From Bacteroidia bacterium (GTDB lineage Bacteria; Bacteroidota; Bacteroidia; AKYH767-A; OLB10), in contig JBIOHJ010000002.1 in assembly GCA_044448905.1 (NCBI GenBank), positions 1 to 55,324 on the forward strand: a stretch of 55,324 nt of DNA, in the 5' to 3' direction. Below are positions 33,096 through 43,639 of this stretch, piece by piece (the stretch's first letter is position 1; each line of letters begins with the position of its first letter). The translations under genes and the position numbers were made by a program. The notes beneath the pieces are model-generated. The model was not told the DNA's origin and made no database searches. It saw nothing but the letters and a program-made list of their open reading frames with translations.

Positions 33096-34442
33096 TTGAA
33101 AATACAACTCAAGTTAGTTATCTATAATGCTTTTTCAAAAGCATTGATTATTGCTGCGTTTGGGTTGCTACTTCCGATTTTTGTTCAGAAAGTTGTTTAC
33201 ACTCATACCGATAACAGGCTTGAAGCCCGGAAAGATCTTATTCTTGAGAAAATAAAACGCGGTGGTCTTGACCAGGCATTGCTCGAAGAAGATTGCAGTT
33301 TTGATGACTATAATATTTTTAAGGAAGAATTTGTTTCCATACAACCGTTAACAATTAATCCCGATTCCGTTCCTGCTTCTTCTCTATCAAACGAAGTCTG
33401 GAATATTGAAGGAAACAATCCCCGGGAGCATCGTGTTATCCGACAGCCTTTTTTGTATGACAACCAATGGTACGAGTTAAACATCGGAGAAGGTTTATCA
33501 ACTATTGATACGCTCAAAAAAACCATAATCACCTTTACATTGCTCACCATGATAATTGTGATTTTAATTTCGGTTTTTGTTGATATCGGTTTTGTGAGGA
33601 TGGTGCTCAAGCCTTTTAATAAAATTGTCTCGACAAAACTGAAAGCTGTTAAAGACCCGTCTGCATTTGATTATACACCTGTCCACAGTTCAACGTATGA
33701 ATTCCGCTACATGGATGAAAGCATAAATGAGTTGATGAAAAAAACAAAGGAAGCTTTTGCGATTGAAAGAGAATTTATTTCGAACGTTTCACATGAGCTC
33801 CTCACTCCTATTTCCATATTGCAAAACCGTTTGGAAAATTTAGTTGCCGATAGCAATACTCCTCATGAAGTTTCTTTAAAAATTATTGAATCTCAAAAAA
33901 CATTAAGCAGGCTTAGTCGAATTATTAAGGCGCTTCTGCTTATTTCTAAAATTGAAAATGAGCAGTATTTAAAAAATGATTCGGTTGAAATCGGTTCGCT
34001 TGTTGATGAAGTGCTGAGTGAAATTGAAGAAAGGCTTCAACAGAAAAATATTCAGGTAAAAAAATTAATTTATGATGACTTTTTTTTCTCACCATGCAAT
34101 AAATCTTTAATTCATACCTTACTATTTAATTTGATTAACAATGCCATTAAATACAATAAAGAAGACGGCACCATAACACTTACAGGTAGAATTAAAGAAC
34201 AAAAATATATTTTGGAAATAGCCGACACCGGCATTGGCATAGACAATATCCAGTTATCTAAAATCTTCGATCGTTTCAGAAAACTGCACACCGGGGATGA
34301 AACCAGCTACGGACTTGGTCTTGCAATAGTTAAAACCATCACAACTTTTCATAAACTGACAATTGATGTTCATTCAGAGTTACATAAAGGCTCATCATTT
34401 GTAATTGGTTTTCCACTTCCTGAAAGTAACATTACTGACTAA
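33096..34442 (+). CDS. sensor histidine kinase
   Basis: H-box FISNVSHELLTPIS, N-box NLINNAIKYN and G-boxes DTGIGI / GLGLAIV. The start is uncertain: TTG 33096 (MKIQLKLVIYNAF..) or TTG 33033, which overlaps the regulator gene. Confidence 0.85.
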   Translation: MKIQLKLVIYNAFSKALIIAAFGLLLPIFVQKVVYTHTDNRLEARKDLILEKIKRGGLDQALLEEDCSFDDYNIFKEEFVSIQPLTINPDSVPASSLSNEVWNIEGNNPREHRVIRQPFLYDNQWYELNIGEGLSTIDTLKKTIITFTLLTMIIVILISVFVDIGFVRMVLKPFNKIVSTKLKAVKDPSAFDYTPVHSSTYEFRYMDESINELMKKTKEAFAIEREFISNVSHELLTPISILQNRLENLVADSNTPHEVSLKIIESQKTLSRLSRIIKALLLISKIENEQYLKNDSVEIGSLVDEVLSEIEERLQQKNIQVKKLIYDDFFFSPCNKSLIHTLLFNLINNAIKYNKEDGTITLTGRIKEQKYILEIADTGIGIDNIQLSKIFDRFRKLHTGDETSYGLGLAIVKTITTFHKLTIDVHSELHKGSSFVIGFPLPESNITD

Positions 34443-34506
34443 CTCTTCATATTTAATTCATTGACATGTCCCCAATTTTGCACTATTAAAATCAGTTTAA
34501 TTTAAA

Positions 34507-34752
34507 ATGAAAAGAATTCTTTTAACATTGCTTGTTTTGCAAATGACAACGCTTCTATTTGCACAAAGCAATACTCAATTAAAAGATCAAAGTGTTCCTA
34601 ATTCTAATAGGGAAATTAAAAAAAATACTGCACCCTCAAGAAATATTTTGGATAAAAATAATAATCCTGCTAAAAGAAATACAGTTATTTACAGAAGCAA
34701 TACTAAAGAAAAAGCTGTTCCTGTAAAAAGAACAACACAAAAAGTCAGATAA
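34507..34752 (+). CDS. small secreted basic protein, unknown function
   Basis: 81 aa with a signal peptide ending LLFAQS, then a low-complexity N/K/R-rich sequence. Confidence 0.45.
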   Translation: MKRILLTLLVLQMTTLLFAQSNTQLKDQSVPNSNREIKKNTAPSRNILDKNNNPAKRNTVIYRSNTKEKAVPVKRTTQKVR

Positions 34753-34795
34753 ACAAAAAATAGTTTTTCATAAGTGGTTAGTTTTATGAAGGTCA

Positions 34796-34832
34796 CCCCG
34801 CGAGAACGAAAGTTCCGCGGGGTTTTTATTTT
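34796..34832. terminator. intrinsic terminator between convergent genes
   Basis: CCCCGCG (34796-802) / CGCGGGG (34816-22), followed by TTTTTATTTT. Confidence 0.7.
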
Positions 34833-35191
34833 CAGAATTCACCTGTTGCAAGCATAACTAAAGTGCATGCATCCATATACTTGATATTATTTTGATTCAG
34901 GAAAGTAACCAATTCCGGATTCTCAGCACCGGGATTAAAAATCACCCGTTCAGGTTTAAGCTGAATAATATAATCAAAGTACTCCTTCTGATTTACCGGA
35001 TTTAAATATATGGTAATGGTGTGCAGATTTTCTACCTCTGTTTTTCCGGTTACAATATCAACATCGGCAATTTTACCTCTCTTTTTACCAATTGCAAACA
35101 CAGGATATTCTTTTTCACGCAGTCGCAATATAGCCAGGTGAGAATACCGTGATGGGTTTTCAGACGCACCGATTACAAGCGTTTTTTTCAT
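34832..35191 (-). CDS. CoA-binding domain protein
   Basis: 119 aa with KKTLVIGASENPSRYSHLA (Rossmann-like CoA-binding motif). It overlaps the MFS gene stop by 4 nt. Confidence 0.75.
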   Translation of the reverse strand: MKKTLVIGASENPSRYSHLAILRLREKEYPVFAIGKKRGKIADVDIVTGKTEVENLHTITIYLNPVNQKEYFDYIIQLKPERVIFNPGAENPELVTFLNQNNIKYMDACTLVMLATGEF

Positions 35192-36414
35192 TCTGTATAA
35201 TCAAGATCTTTGCCATACGTTTCTTTTGTGGCAGCAATTGCAAATAGCGATAGCAGTATACATACAATCCCTATAATTACACCTGCTGTCCATAATCCAA
35301 AAGAAGTTTTCAGCCCGGCAATTGAAAACCGGATTACCTCAGTAGTTCCGCGGACAAAATTGGGTGCTGTGGTTGTAACGGTTGCCCGAAGGTTGGTTCC
35401 AAACTGCTCTGAAGCATTTGCCATAAATATCGCCCACAGGCCGCCCATTGAAACCCCTATCAATAAAATAATTGCATAAAAAGAATTTGCTGAAATACCT
35501 TTTCCAAAAAAATATAATGAAACGAAAAGCGTCAATGAGCCACATGCGAGAAACAATGCTTTTTTTCTCGAACGTAATCTCTCCGAGAGATATCCGAAAA
35601 GCAAGCTGCCCAAAGATGCACCAACGTAATGAAACATCACCGCTTTACCACCAATAATTTTTTCAGTAATTCCCAAAGCGTCTGCAGCATATTTTTCTGA
35701 CTGAACGGCTAATTGGCTGATAACATACCAAACCGGAATCCCGATAAGGATACATGCAATGTATTTTTTGAAACGATGAACCGAAGTAAACAATGAAAAA
35801 AACTGACCACGCTTTACATTTTCCTGTTTCGTTTTATGAAACATTCCTGATTCGTAAACACTGATTCGCATAATCAGTAACAGCAAACCCAAACCACCGC
35901 CAACAAAATATGCCATTCTCCAATCAAAGAAATCGGCAATAAAAAATCCGAGAACTGCACCCGCTATTCCAATGCCTGAAACAATACTGGTACCAGTGCC
36001 CCGCGATTCTTTTGTCATAACTTCGGATACAAGGGTAATACCTACTCCCAATTCACCGGCTAACCCTATTCCTGAAAAAAACCTCATCCATTCATATTGT
36101 TGAACGGTTTGCACAAAACCATTTGCAATATTGGCAATCGAATAAAGCAATATTGTAAGAAACAAAGTTGACAAACGCCCTTTCTTATCTCCCAACACAC
36201 CCCAAATAATTCCTCCTATTAGCATTCCAATCATTTGTATGCCTAACAATCTGCCTCCTACATCAAAAATCATTTCATCAGGAACACCTATATCTTTAAG
36301 ACTGGGCTTCATGACAATACCAAAAAGAATCAGGTCATAGATATCTACAAAATATCCGAGCGCTGCAACAATAACAATAATGTTAAAAGGATTTTTGGTA
36401 GTTAAGTGTTTCAT
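35188..36414 (-). CDS. MFS transporter
   Basis: 408 aa, about 12 TM segments, with GVLGDKKGR (MFS motif A-like). Confidence 0.85.
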   Translation of the reverse strand: MKHLTTKNPFNIIVIVAALGYFVDIYDLILFGIVMKPSLKDIGVPDEMIFDVGGRLLGIQMIGMLIGGIIWGVLGDKKGRLSTLFLTILLYSIANIANGFVQTVQQYEWMRFFSGIGLAGELGVGITLVSEVMTKESRGTGTSIVSGIGIAGAVLGFFIADFFDWRMAYFVGGGLGLLLLIMRISVYESGMFHKTKQENVKRGQFFSLFTSVHRFKKYIACILIGIPVWYVISQLAVQSEKYAADALGITEKIIGGKAVMFHYVGASLGSLLFGYLSERLRSRKKALFLACGSLTLFVSLYFFGKGISANSFYAIILLIGVSMGGLWAIFMANASEQFGTNLRATVTTTAPNFVRGTTEVIRFSIAGLKTSFGLWTAGVIIGIVCILLSLFAIAATKETYGKDLDYTE

Positions 36415-36469
36415 CTAAAACAAAATCGGATGCTAAGAAATAAAATTAATATGACTGATAAAAATAAAA

Positions 36470-36477
36470 TATCTTTG
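36470..36477 (+). promoter_or_regulatory. -7 promoter box TATCTTTG (tRNA-Ser promoter candidate)
   Basis: Matches TAnnTTTG, 42 nt upstream of the tRNA 5' end. Confidence 0.35.
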
Positions 36478-36519
36478 AACGCTTAAGAATGTTTAACACA
36501 ATTGTTTTATTTTTTACAC

Positions 36520-36604
36520 GGAGAGGTGTCAGAGTGGTCGAATGTGCCTGATTCGAAATCAGGTGTGCCGCAAGGTACCGGGGGTTCGAATCCCTCCCTC
36601 TCCG
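36520..36604 (+). tRNA. tRNA-Ser (anticodon CGA)
   Basis: Hand-folded: acceptor GGAGAGG/CCTCTCC, anticodon stem CCTGA/TCAGG with loop TTCGAAA, long variable arm GTGCC-GCAA-GGTAC, T-arm GGGGG-TTCGAAT-CCCTC, discriminator G. No CCA is encoded. Confidence 0.9.
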
Positions 36605-36745
36605 CTTTTCTGCCTGATTTTGAAGAAATGGACATGTCTCATTGATTCATATAAATTTTATTTTGATTGGTGACATTAAAATGTGACGTGAAATATACTG
36701 TTTAATCTTCCGATTTTAGTATCTTAGCAACTAAATTAAAACACA

Positions 36746-38215
36746 ATGAAAGTAAAACCGAAATATTATTTTCTTTTGTTAATATTTATACTACCATCGG
36801 TTGCCAAATCTAAAAATTTAAATGCCTGGCTTGACGTGAAAACATTTTACTCCGTTGAGAAAGGTCCTTATATCGAAACGTACTTATCTGTTGCCGGTAA
36901 AAGCGCGGTGTTTAAAAAAAATAGTCAGGGCGAATTCCAGGCATCAATTGAAGTTTCACTTGCTTTTAAATTAAATAACGAAATCAAATATTTTGATAAA
37001 TATAATTTGCTGAGTCCGCAAATTTCGGATACTTCAAATATTGATTTTAATTTTCTTGATGAGCAACGTGTTCAACTCGAAAATGGGAATTATGTTTTGG
37101 AACTCAGTATTTCCGATCGTAATTCAACAAACAAACCATTTACACACAGCCAGGCAATAAAAATTGAATATTATCCGAATATTATCAGCATCTCGGATAT
37201 TGAGTTGGTGGAAAATTATAAAAAGTCTGAAGCAGTTTCTCAGCTATCTAAGAATGGTTACGATATTATCCCCCGTGTTAATAATTTCTATTCCGAAAAC
37301 ACAGGGACCCTTAAATTTTATGCTGAAATATACAATACCGATATGGTCTTGTTAAGCGAACCCTTTCTTCTTACATATTTTATTGAAACAACTGAGAATA
37401 AACGAATCGTTGAAAAATTTAAAGCGTTCAGTAAACAGCAATCAAAAAAGTTAAATGTATTGCTTAGCGAATTTCCGATTACAGATCTCCCATCGGGAAA
37501 TTATAACCTGATAGTGGAAGTGCGGAATAAACAAAATGATATTATTGCTTTTAAGGAAGTTTTTTTTCAGCGAAGTAATATTGTCGCTGACAGAACTTAT
37601 AGTGCAGAATACCAAAACGCTGATATTACCAATACTTTTGTGGCGGGCTATACCAATGCCGACACCCTTGCTGATTATATTAAATCGTTACGCCCCATAT
37701 CCAATTCATTTGAAGTTGCTTTTGCTTCAAACAAATTAAAAACGGCTGATGTTAAGCTGATGCAGCAATTTTTTTACGATTTCTGGATAAAAAGAAATGC
37801 AGCCGATCCGGGAAGGGCATGGGCTGAATATTATGATATGGTTATTCGTGTAAATAACGATTTTAAAACACTTAATAAAAAGGGATATGAAACTGAACGC
37901 GGGAGGGTTTATCTTCAATATGGTCCCCCTAATAACATGCAGCGCGAATACCACGAACCCAGTTCCTATCCTTATGAAATATGGCACTATTATAAAATTG
38001 GCAGTCAAACAAACCGGAAATTTGTTTTTTATAATTCCGACTTAATTACAAATGATTTTGCGCTCCTTCATTCAGACGCTCAGGGTGAAACTTACGAAAA
38101 CCAATGGCAGCTGAGATTGCAAAAACGTGATACGCAGACCCGCGATATGGATAGCGATATTAAAATTGACGATTTCGGACAAAACGCTGATCAGAATTTT
38201 ACCAATCCCAAATAA
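36746..38215 (+). CDS. GWxTD domain protein
   Basis: 489 aa with a signal peptide. The C-terminal KKGYETERGRVYLQYGPPNNM....YPYEIWHY fits the GWxTD signature (here GYETE). Confidence 0.65.
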   Translation: MKVKPKYYFLLLIFILPSVAKSKNLNAWLDVKTFYSVEKGPYIETYLSVAGKSAVFKKNSQGEFQASIEVSLAFKLNNEIKYFDKYNLLSPQISDTSNIDFNFLDEQRVQLENGNYVLELSISDRNSTNKPFTHSQAIKIEYYPNIISISDIELVENYKKSEAVSQLSKNGYDIIPRVNNFYSENTGTLKFYAEIYNTDMVLLSEPFLLTYFIETTENKRIVEKFKAFSKQQSKKLNVLLSEFPITDLPSGNYNLIVEVRNKQNDIIAFKEVFFQRSNIVADRTYSAEYQNADITNTFVAGYTNADTLADYIKSLRPISNSFEVAFASNKLKTADVKLMQQFFYDFWIKRNAADPGRAWAEYYDMVIRVNNDFKTLNKKGYETERGRVYLQYGPPNNMQREYHEPSSYPYEIWHYYKIGSQTNRKFVFYNSDLITNDFALLHSDAQGETYENQWQLRLQKRDTQTRDMDSDIKIDDFGQNADQNFTNPK

Positions 38216-38236
38216 AAAAAAACAATTGTTTATTGA

Positions 38237-38280
38237 ACCGCGGCATTTGTTAGTTTATGTCGCGGTTTTCTTTTTTATTT
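38237..38280 (+). terminator. intrinsic terminator
   Basis: ACCGCGGCAT (38237-46) / ATGTCGCGGT (38257-66) pair at 9/10, followed by TTTCTTTTTTATTT. Confidence 0.65.
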
Positions 38281-38354
38281 GCCATTTGATTCTCTAAAAA
38301 AAAATTGCCTTTGCAATTGCACTGCCTTGTGAGACAAAACGAAATATAAGTTTG

Positions 38355-39371
38355 ATGAAAATTGCTGTTGTAATTCTGAATTGGAATGGGAAAGAACTTT
38401 TGCAAAAGTTTTTACCTGCAATTATAAACCACTCATCTTCTATTGCTGAAATAATAATCGCAGATAATGGCTCAGCAGATGATTCGGTAAATTTTCTGAA
38501 AACAAATTTTCCGGAAATAAGGCTTGAAATTTTTGAAAAGAATTACGGTTTTTCCGGAGGTTATAACAAAGCATTAAAAAAAATAAATGCCCATTATTTT
38601 ATTCTCCTGAATTCAGATGTTGAAATCACTCCTGGCTGGATTGAACCCATCATTAACATGATGGAATCTGACACAAACATAGCTGCTTGCCAACCGAAAA
38701 TAAAATCTTTTCATAATAAAAACCTTTTCGAGCATGCTGGCGCTTCGGGTGGATTTATTGACAAGTACGGTTACCCGTTTTGCCGTGGAAGGTTTTTTAA
38801 TACTCTCGAACAAGATGGAAGGCAATACGATGATGTAAAAGAAATTTTCTGGGCAACCGGTGCATGCCTTTTTATCCGTTCAAAAGTTTTTACAGATCTT
38901 GGAGGATTTGATGAAGAATTCTTCGCTCACATGGAAGAAATAGATCTTTGCTGGCGCATCCAGTACGCAGGTTATAAAATTTTTTGCGTACCACAATCAG
39001 TGGTTTATCATATTGGCGGTGGCACACTCCCCAAAAAAAATCCACATAAAACTTATTTGAATTTTCGAAATAACCTGATGATGATTCATAAGAACCTGCC
39101 ATCCTCTTCCGTTTATATCACAATTATTATTCGATTGCTGTTAGACGGAATTGCCGGAATAAAATTTTTATTTGATGGCGATTGGAAAGATTGCATTGCA
39201 GTATTCAAAGCGCATATTTATTTTTATTCGCGCTTATTACAACGAAATAAAATCAGAACACAATCACAAAAAGAAGTATTGAATAAACAGGTAGCAACCA
39301 TTTATAATAAAAGCATTGTAATGGATTATTTCATTCGTGGAAAAAAATATTTTTCCCAATTGAAGTTTTAA
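38355..39371 (+). CDS. glycosyltransferase family 2
   Basis: MKIAVVILNWNG.., ADNGSADDS, LLNSDVE and EEIDLCWR motifs. Confidence 0.85.
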   Translation: MKIAVVILNWNGKELLQKFLPAIINHSSSIAEIIIADNGSADDSVNFLKTNFPEIRLEIFEKNYGFSGGYNKALKKINAHYFILLNSDVEITPGWIEPIINMMESDTNIAACQPKIKSFHNKNLFEHAGASGGFIDKYGYPFCRGRFFNTLEQDGRQYDDVKEIFWATGACLFIRSKVFTDLGGFDEEFFAHMEEIDLCWRIQYAGYKIFCVPQSVVYHIGGGTLPKKNPHKTYLNFRNNLMMIHKNLPSSSVYITIIIRLLLDGIAGIKFLFDGDWKDCIAVFKAHIYFYSRLLQRNKIRTQSQKEVLNKQVATIYNKSIVMDYFIRGKKYFSQLKF

Positions 39372-39416
39372 TTACTTAACACCTTAATCTCCAAATTACT
39401 TTTTTCTATATTTCAT

Positions 39417-40028
39417 ATGAAAATAATTTGCGTTGGTAGAAATTATGCCGAGCATGCCAGGGAGCTTAACAACCCGGTTAACGAAACCCCTGTTATTTTT
39501 ATGAAGCCGGAAACTGCCCTGATTCAAAAGAGGCAGCCGTTTTTTCTGCCTCAGTTTTCAAATGAAATTCATCACGAAGTGGAATTGGTGCTTCGGATAA
39601 ACCGTACCGGCAAAAACATTGCTGAAAAATACGCGCTTAAATATTTTAACGAAATAACAGTGGGTATTGATTTTACTGCCCGCGATTTTCAGCAGCAGCT
39701 AAAAGCGAAAGGGCTTCCATGGGAATTATCAAAAGGATTTGACGGGTCGGGGCCTGTTGGCGAATTTATCCCGGTAAATCAATTTGATTCTTTAAAAAAC
39801 ATTTCATTTCACCTGAACGTTAACCATGAGCTTAAACAAAAAGGCAACAGCTCAGGTATGATTTTTTCGTTTGAGAAAATAATCTCGTATGTCTCTTCAT
39901 TCATCACACTTAAAAACGGAGATCTCATTTTCACCGGAACGCCTTCGGGGGTAGCCAAAGTAAAACCCGGTGATAAACTGGAAGCTTTTATCAGCGAAAA
40001 AAAATTATTGACCGTAAATGTCAGGTAA
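39417..40028 (+). CDS. fumarylacetoacetate hydrolase (FAH) family protein
   Basis: 203 aa with MKIICVGRNYAEHA, HHEVELV and GDLIFTGTPSGV. Confidence 0.85.
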   Translation: MKIICVGRNYAEHARELNNPVNETPVIFMKPETALIQKRQPFFLPQFSNEIHHEVELVLRINRTGKNIAEKYALKYFNEITVGIDFTARDFQQQLKAKGLPWELSKGFDGSGPVGEFIPVNQFDSLKNISFHLNVNHELKQKGNSSGMIFSFEKIISYVSSFITLKNGDLIFTGTPSGVAKVKPGDKLEAFISEKKLLTVNVR

Positions 40029-40134
40029 GATTTTTTCTTATTCACATCACCCCCTTAAAACTTTTTACTAATTTTAAACAATCTTAGTGCAGGTAATTTA
40101 TAATATTGTATTCTTCAGCATTTGAATTCTTGAA

Positions 40135-42579
40135 ATGAAACATTTTTATAGAAAGATATTTCTCTTACTGTTCATCTTTTCATTTGCTGCAAATGTAAAG
40201 GCAACACATATTGTGGGTGGAGAATTGTATTATGAATTTATAAACCCACTCACAAATACATATCGCATTACATTGGTCGTATACCGCGACTGTTATACTG
40301 GTGTTCCCCCATTCGACCCGGTTGCATCAATAGGAATTTTCAACCAGTTTAACCAACTATATACCGAATTGTGTGTAAGTGTCAGCCCCGATTCGATAAC
40401 CATTCCTCCTACAATCGTTTCTCCCTGTTTTATTCCTCCTACAGATGTTTGTTATCGTAAAGCTTATTACACAACTACTGTAAATTTACCTCCCGTTCAG
40501 GGTGGATACCAGCTTTCATACCAACGCTGCTGTCGTAATTACTCTATTTTGAATATTCAGACTCCGCTCGATGTCGGCATTACGATTTACGCAACTATTC
40601 CCGGTACAGGAAATCATCAAAACAGCAACCCGGTCTTTGATACGATTCCTCCGCCAAATGCAACTCATCCCATATTACCGCCCCCATTCCTTTGTTTAGG
40701 TGTACCGTTTGTTTGGGATAATTCTGCCATTGATGCAGATGGTGATTCTTTAGTTTATGAATTGTGCCAGCCTTTTGTTGGTGCTGAAAATATCGCCTGT
40801 GGTGCAGCTCCCTGCGGTTTCTCATTAACATGCGGACCGGTTCCACATCCTCCTTTTAATCCTCCCTATTCCAGTGTGCAATGGCAAACGCCTTTTTCGC
40901 TTGGAAATTTACTTGGCGGGATACCTTTATCTATCAACCCGGTTACAGGAATTTTGACCTGTACGCCAAACACCATCGGGCAGTTTGTAATTGGTGTCTG
41001 TGTAAATGAATACAGGAATGGAGTGTTTTTGAGCAAAACGAGAAGAGATTTTCAACTGAATGTAGTGCCATGTCCTTCGCTGGTTGTAGCAGCTTTACAA
41101 TCACCGATAGTTAATTGCATTGACTCAACAGTAATATTTCTAAATCAAAGTATCGGTGCGGGGAGTTACTTCTGGAATTTCGGTGACCCTACTCAAACAA
41201 ATGACACTTCGCATGCAGTGAGCCCCACATATACTTATCCTGACACAGGAACTTATATTGTAACTTTAATAGCTTATTCAAGCTTTAATCCTGGTTGTGC
41301 TGATACCACCACGGGAGTGTTTCACATCTTTCCTCCTTTCGATGCCGATTTTTCATTTTCTCAAACAGCCTGCTCTTATACAATTAATTTTTTCGATACC
41401 ACTATTAATAATGGGGGAGGAACAACTTCAATCTGGAACTGGACGTTCGGTGATGGTACAACTTCAGTGCTGCAAGACCCAGTTCATACGTACAATAATG
41501 CGGGGACTTATACAGTTACTTTGTATGCTACTTCCAATCGGGGATGCGAAGACACAATAGTAAAAACCGTGCAGGTTTTATCTCTTCCGTCTCTACAAAC
41601 AAACCTTGCCAAGCCGGTGAGTTGCACGAACGATTGTGATGCTTCGGCTACCGCATTACCTTCTGGCGGAACCCCTCCTTATTCTTATCAATGGAACGAT
41701 CCGAATAACCAGACCACACAAACGGCAACCAACCTTTGTTCGGGTACATATACAGTTCTTGTTACTGATTCAAATGGTTGTACCGCATCAATATTAATCT
41801 CTATCAGTAATCCACCACCCTTGTCATTAAATGTTTCTTCAACTGATGCATATTGCGGTGGAAGATGTTATGGAACTGCAACAGTTAGCCCTTCTGGGGG
41901 AACCCCGCCTTACGGTTACATTTGGAACGATCCGCAAAGTCAAACCACTCAAATGGCGATCGGTCTATGCGTGGATAGTTTTACAGTAGTTATTACGGAT
42001 GCTCATGGTTGCACAAAAACGGATAGTGTGGCAGTGCACTACAGTGACTACATTCCACCGCTTAATGCAACAGTGAGCGATGATACAATTTTTGAAGGGC
42101 AAACTGTTCAGATTATTTCTACTGTTTATATGAACGGAACCTATACATGGAATCCTCCAACAGGATTAAGCAGTACAATCATTAGCAACCCTACTGCAAC
42201 TCCTCCTGTTTCTTTTATAACTTATGTTGTAGAATATGTTGACAGCAATGGCTGCGAAAACAGGGATTCAGTAAATATTGTTGTGAGAAATGTAACCTGT
42301 GTTGAGCCTGAGTTATTTATTCCAAATGCATTTACCCCTAACAGTGACAATAATAACGATATACTTTATGTACGCGGAAATACAATTAAGGAATTACTCT
42401 TCAGAATTTATAACCGCTGGGGTGAAAAAGTTTTTGAAACAGTAAATCCCGGTCAGGGATGGGATGCCACATATAAAGGAAAATCTGTAATGCCCGGTGT
42501 GTATGATTATTATTTTGAAGCCACATGTTATGATAATAATAAATTTTTTAAGAAAGGAAACGTAACGGTAATAAAATGA
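40135..42579 (+). CDS. T9SS type B (gliding-motility-associated C-terminal domain) surface protein with PKD and SprB-type repeats
   Basis: 814 aa with N-terminal THIVGGELYYE..YRDC module, two PKD-like repeats (WNFGD..., WTFGDG...), two SGGTPPY..W repeats, and the C-terminal IPNAFTPNSDNNNDILYV...NRWGEKVF...GWD...PGVYDYY domain. Confidence 0.85.
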   Translation: MKHFYRKIFLLLFIFSFAANVKATHIVGGELYYEFINPLTNTYRITLVVYRDCYTGVPPFDPVASIGIFNQFNQLYTELCVSVSPDSITIPPTIVSPCFIPPTDVCYRKAYYTTTVNLPPVQGGYQLSYQRCCRNYSILNIQTPLDVGITIYATIPGTGNHQNSNPVFDTIPPPNATHPILPPPFLCLGVPFVWDNSAIDADGDSLVYELCQPFVGAENIACGAAPCGFSLTCGPVPHPPFNPPYSSVQWQTPFSLGNLLGGIPLSINPVTGILTCTPNTIGQFVIGVCVNEYRNGVFLSKTRRDFQLNVVPCPSLVVAALQSPIVNCIDSTVIFLNQSIGAGSYFWNFGDPTQTNDTSHAVSPTYTYPDTGTYIVTLIAYSSFNPGCADTTTGVFHIFPPFDADFSFSQTACSYTINFFDTTINNGGGTTSIWNWTFGDGTTSVLQDPVHTYNNAGTYTVTLYATSNRGCEDTIVKTVQVLSLPSLQTNLAKPVSCTNDCDASATALPSGGTPPYSYQWNDPNNQTTQTATNLCSGTYTVLVTDSNGCTASILISISNPPPLSLNVSSTDAYCGGRCYGTATVSPSGGTPPYGYIWNDPQSQTTQMAIGLCVDSFTVVITDAHGCTKTDSVAVHYSDYIPPLNATVSDDTIFEGQTVQIISTVYMNGTYTWNPPTGLSSTIISNPTATPPVSFITYVVEYVDSNGCENRDSVNIVVRNVTCVEPELFIPNAFTPNSDNNNDILYVRGNTIKELLFRIYNRWGEKVFETVNPGQGWDATYKGKSVMPGVYDYYFEATCYDNNKFFKKGNVTVIK

Positions 42580-43637
42580 GTTTAAAGTTCAAGATTCAAA
42601 GTTCAAAGTTTTTGTTTCCGGTTTACGGTTTCAGAATTTTGTCTTCTCTCATTTGTCTTTTGTTATTTGCCTTTTCTAATGCCCAGGACATTCACTTTTC
42701 TCAATTCACCAAATCACCTTTGAATCTGAATCCGTCATACACAGGTCTTTTCGATGGCGATTTTCGGTTTGGAGGAATTCATCGCAACCAGTGGAAATCA
42801 GTGACGGTTCCTTATAAAACATTTTCAGGATATTTTGATATGAATACTGCTCTCGCAAATAGTAAAGACAGCCGCATAGGTGCGGGCATTTTGATTAATA
42901 ATGATAAAGCCGGAGATTCGGAATATGGAATTACCGGAGCAGCACTATCTGGTTCCATGATTAAAAGTCTCGGCAGTGATGCTGTGCATTTTCTTTCGGG
43001 TGGATTGCAGTTAGGATTTGTTCAGCAAAGCTTTAATTATTCAAAACTCACTTTTGATAACCAGTTTAACGGAGATGTTTTTGATCCGACAATTCCTGTT
43101 TCTGAAAATTTTACCGATGATAAATATATTTATTTCGATTTATCAGCCGGCATAGGATGGATGTACACGGTGAATGAAAAACTAAACCTCGGGGCTGGCG
43201 TGGGTATATTTCATATCAACAAACCGAAGCAGACTTTTATGAATGATGAGGATTCGAAACTTGACCAGAAAATTTCTTTTGATGCGCGCAGCATGATTGC
43301 TGTTCATGAAAAGGTTTATCTGTTGCCTGGAATTTTATTTTCCACCCAGGATAAATTTCAGGAGTTCGATTTGGGAAGCAATGTGAAATTTATTCTCAAT
43401 GAAAATCCTGGAAAAAAAATCAACCTGTATGCAGGGGGATTTGTTCGTACCAAAGACGCGATTATTTTTTCTGCCGGGTTTGATTACAATGAGTTGAACT
43501 TCGGTTTCAGCTATGATATGAACACTTCCGATTTGAAGCGAGCAAGCAACAACCGTGGTGGATACGAAGTTTCACTCACTTACATTATTAAAAAAGTAAA
43601 ACCGGTCGGTATTCATCCGCCATGCCCGGTTTACTGA
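42576..43637 (+). CDS. PorP/SprF family T9SS membrane protein
   Basis: 353 aa with AQDIHFSQFTKSPLNLNPSYTG and a C-terminal GGYEVSLTY beta-barrel end. Its ATG overlaps the upstream stop (ATGA). Confidence 0.85.
   Translation: MSLKFKIQSSKFLFPVYGFRILSSLICLLLFAFSNAQDIHFSQFTKSPLNLNPSYTGLFDGDFRFGGIHRNQWKSVTVPYKTFSGYFDMNTALANSKDSRIGAGILINNDKAGDSEYGITGAALSGSMIKSLGSDAVHFLSGGLQLGFVQQSFNYSKLTFDNQFNGDVFDPTIPVSENFTDDKYIYFDLSAGIGWMYTVNEKLNLGAGVGIFHINKPKQTFMNDEDSKLDQKISFDARSMIAVHEKVYLLPGILFSTQDKFQEFDLGSNVKFILNENPGKKINLYAGGFVRTKDAIIFSAGFDYNELNFGFSYDMNTSDLKRASNNRGGYEVSLTYIIKKVKPVGIHPPCPVY
42579..42676. repeat. about 14 consecutive heptanucleotide units in one register covering the PorP/SprF N-terminus
   Basis: agtttaa|agttcaa|gattcaa|agttcaa|agttttt|gtttccg|gtttacg|gtttcag|aattttg|tcttctc|tcatttg|tcttttg|ttatttg|ccttttc. 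Confidence 0.7.
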
Positions 43638-43639
43638 AA

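Noticed and set aside
36520-36604. tRNA-Ser as an integration site for a genomic island
   Set aside because: There is no integrase, no duplicated tRNA 3' fragment and no mobility genes on either side. The neighbours are ordinary chromosomal genes.
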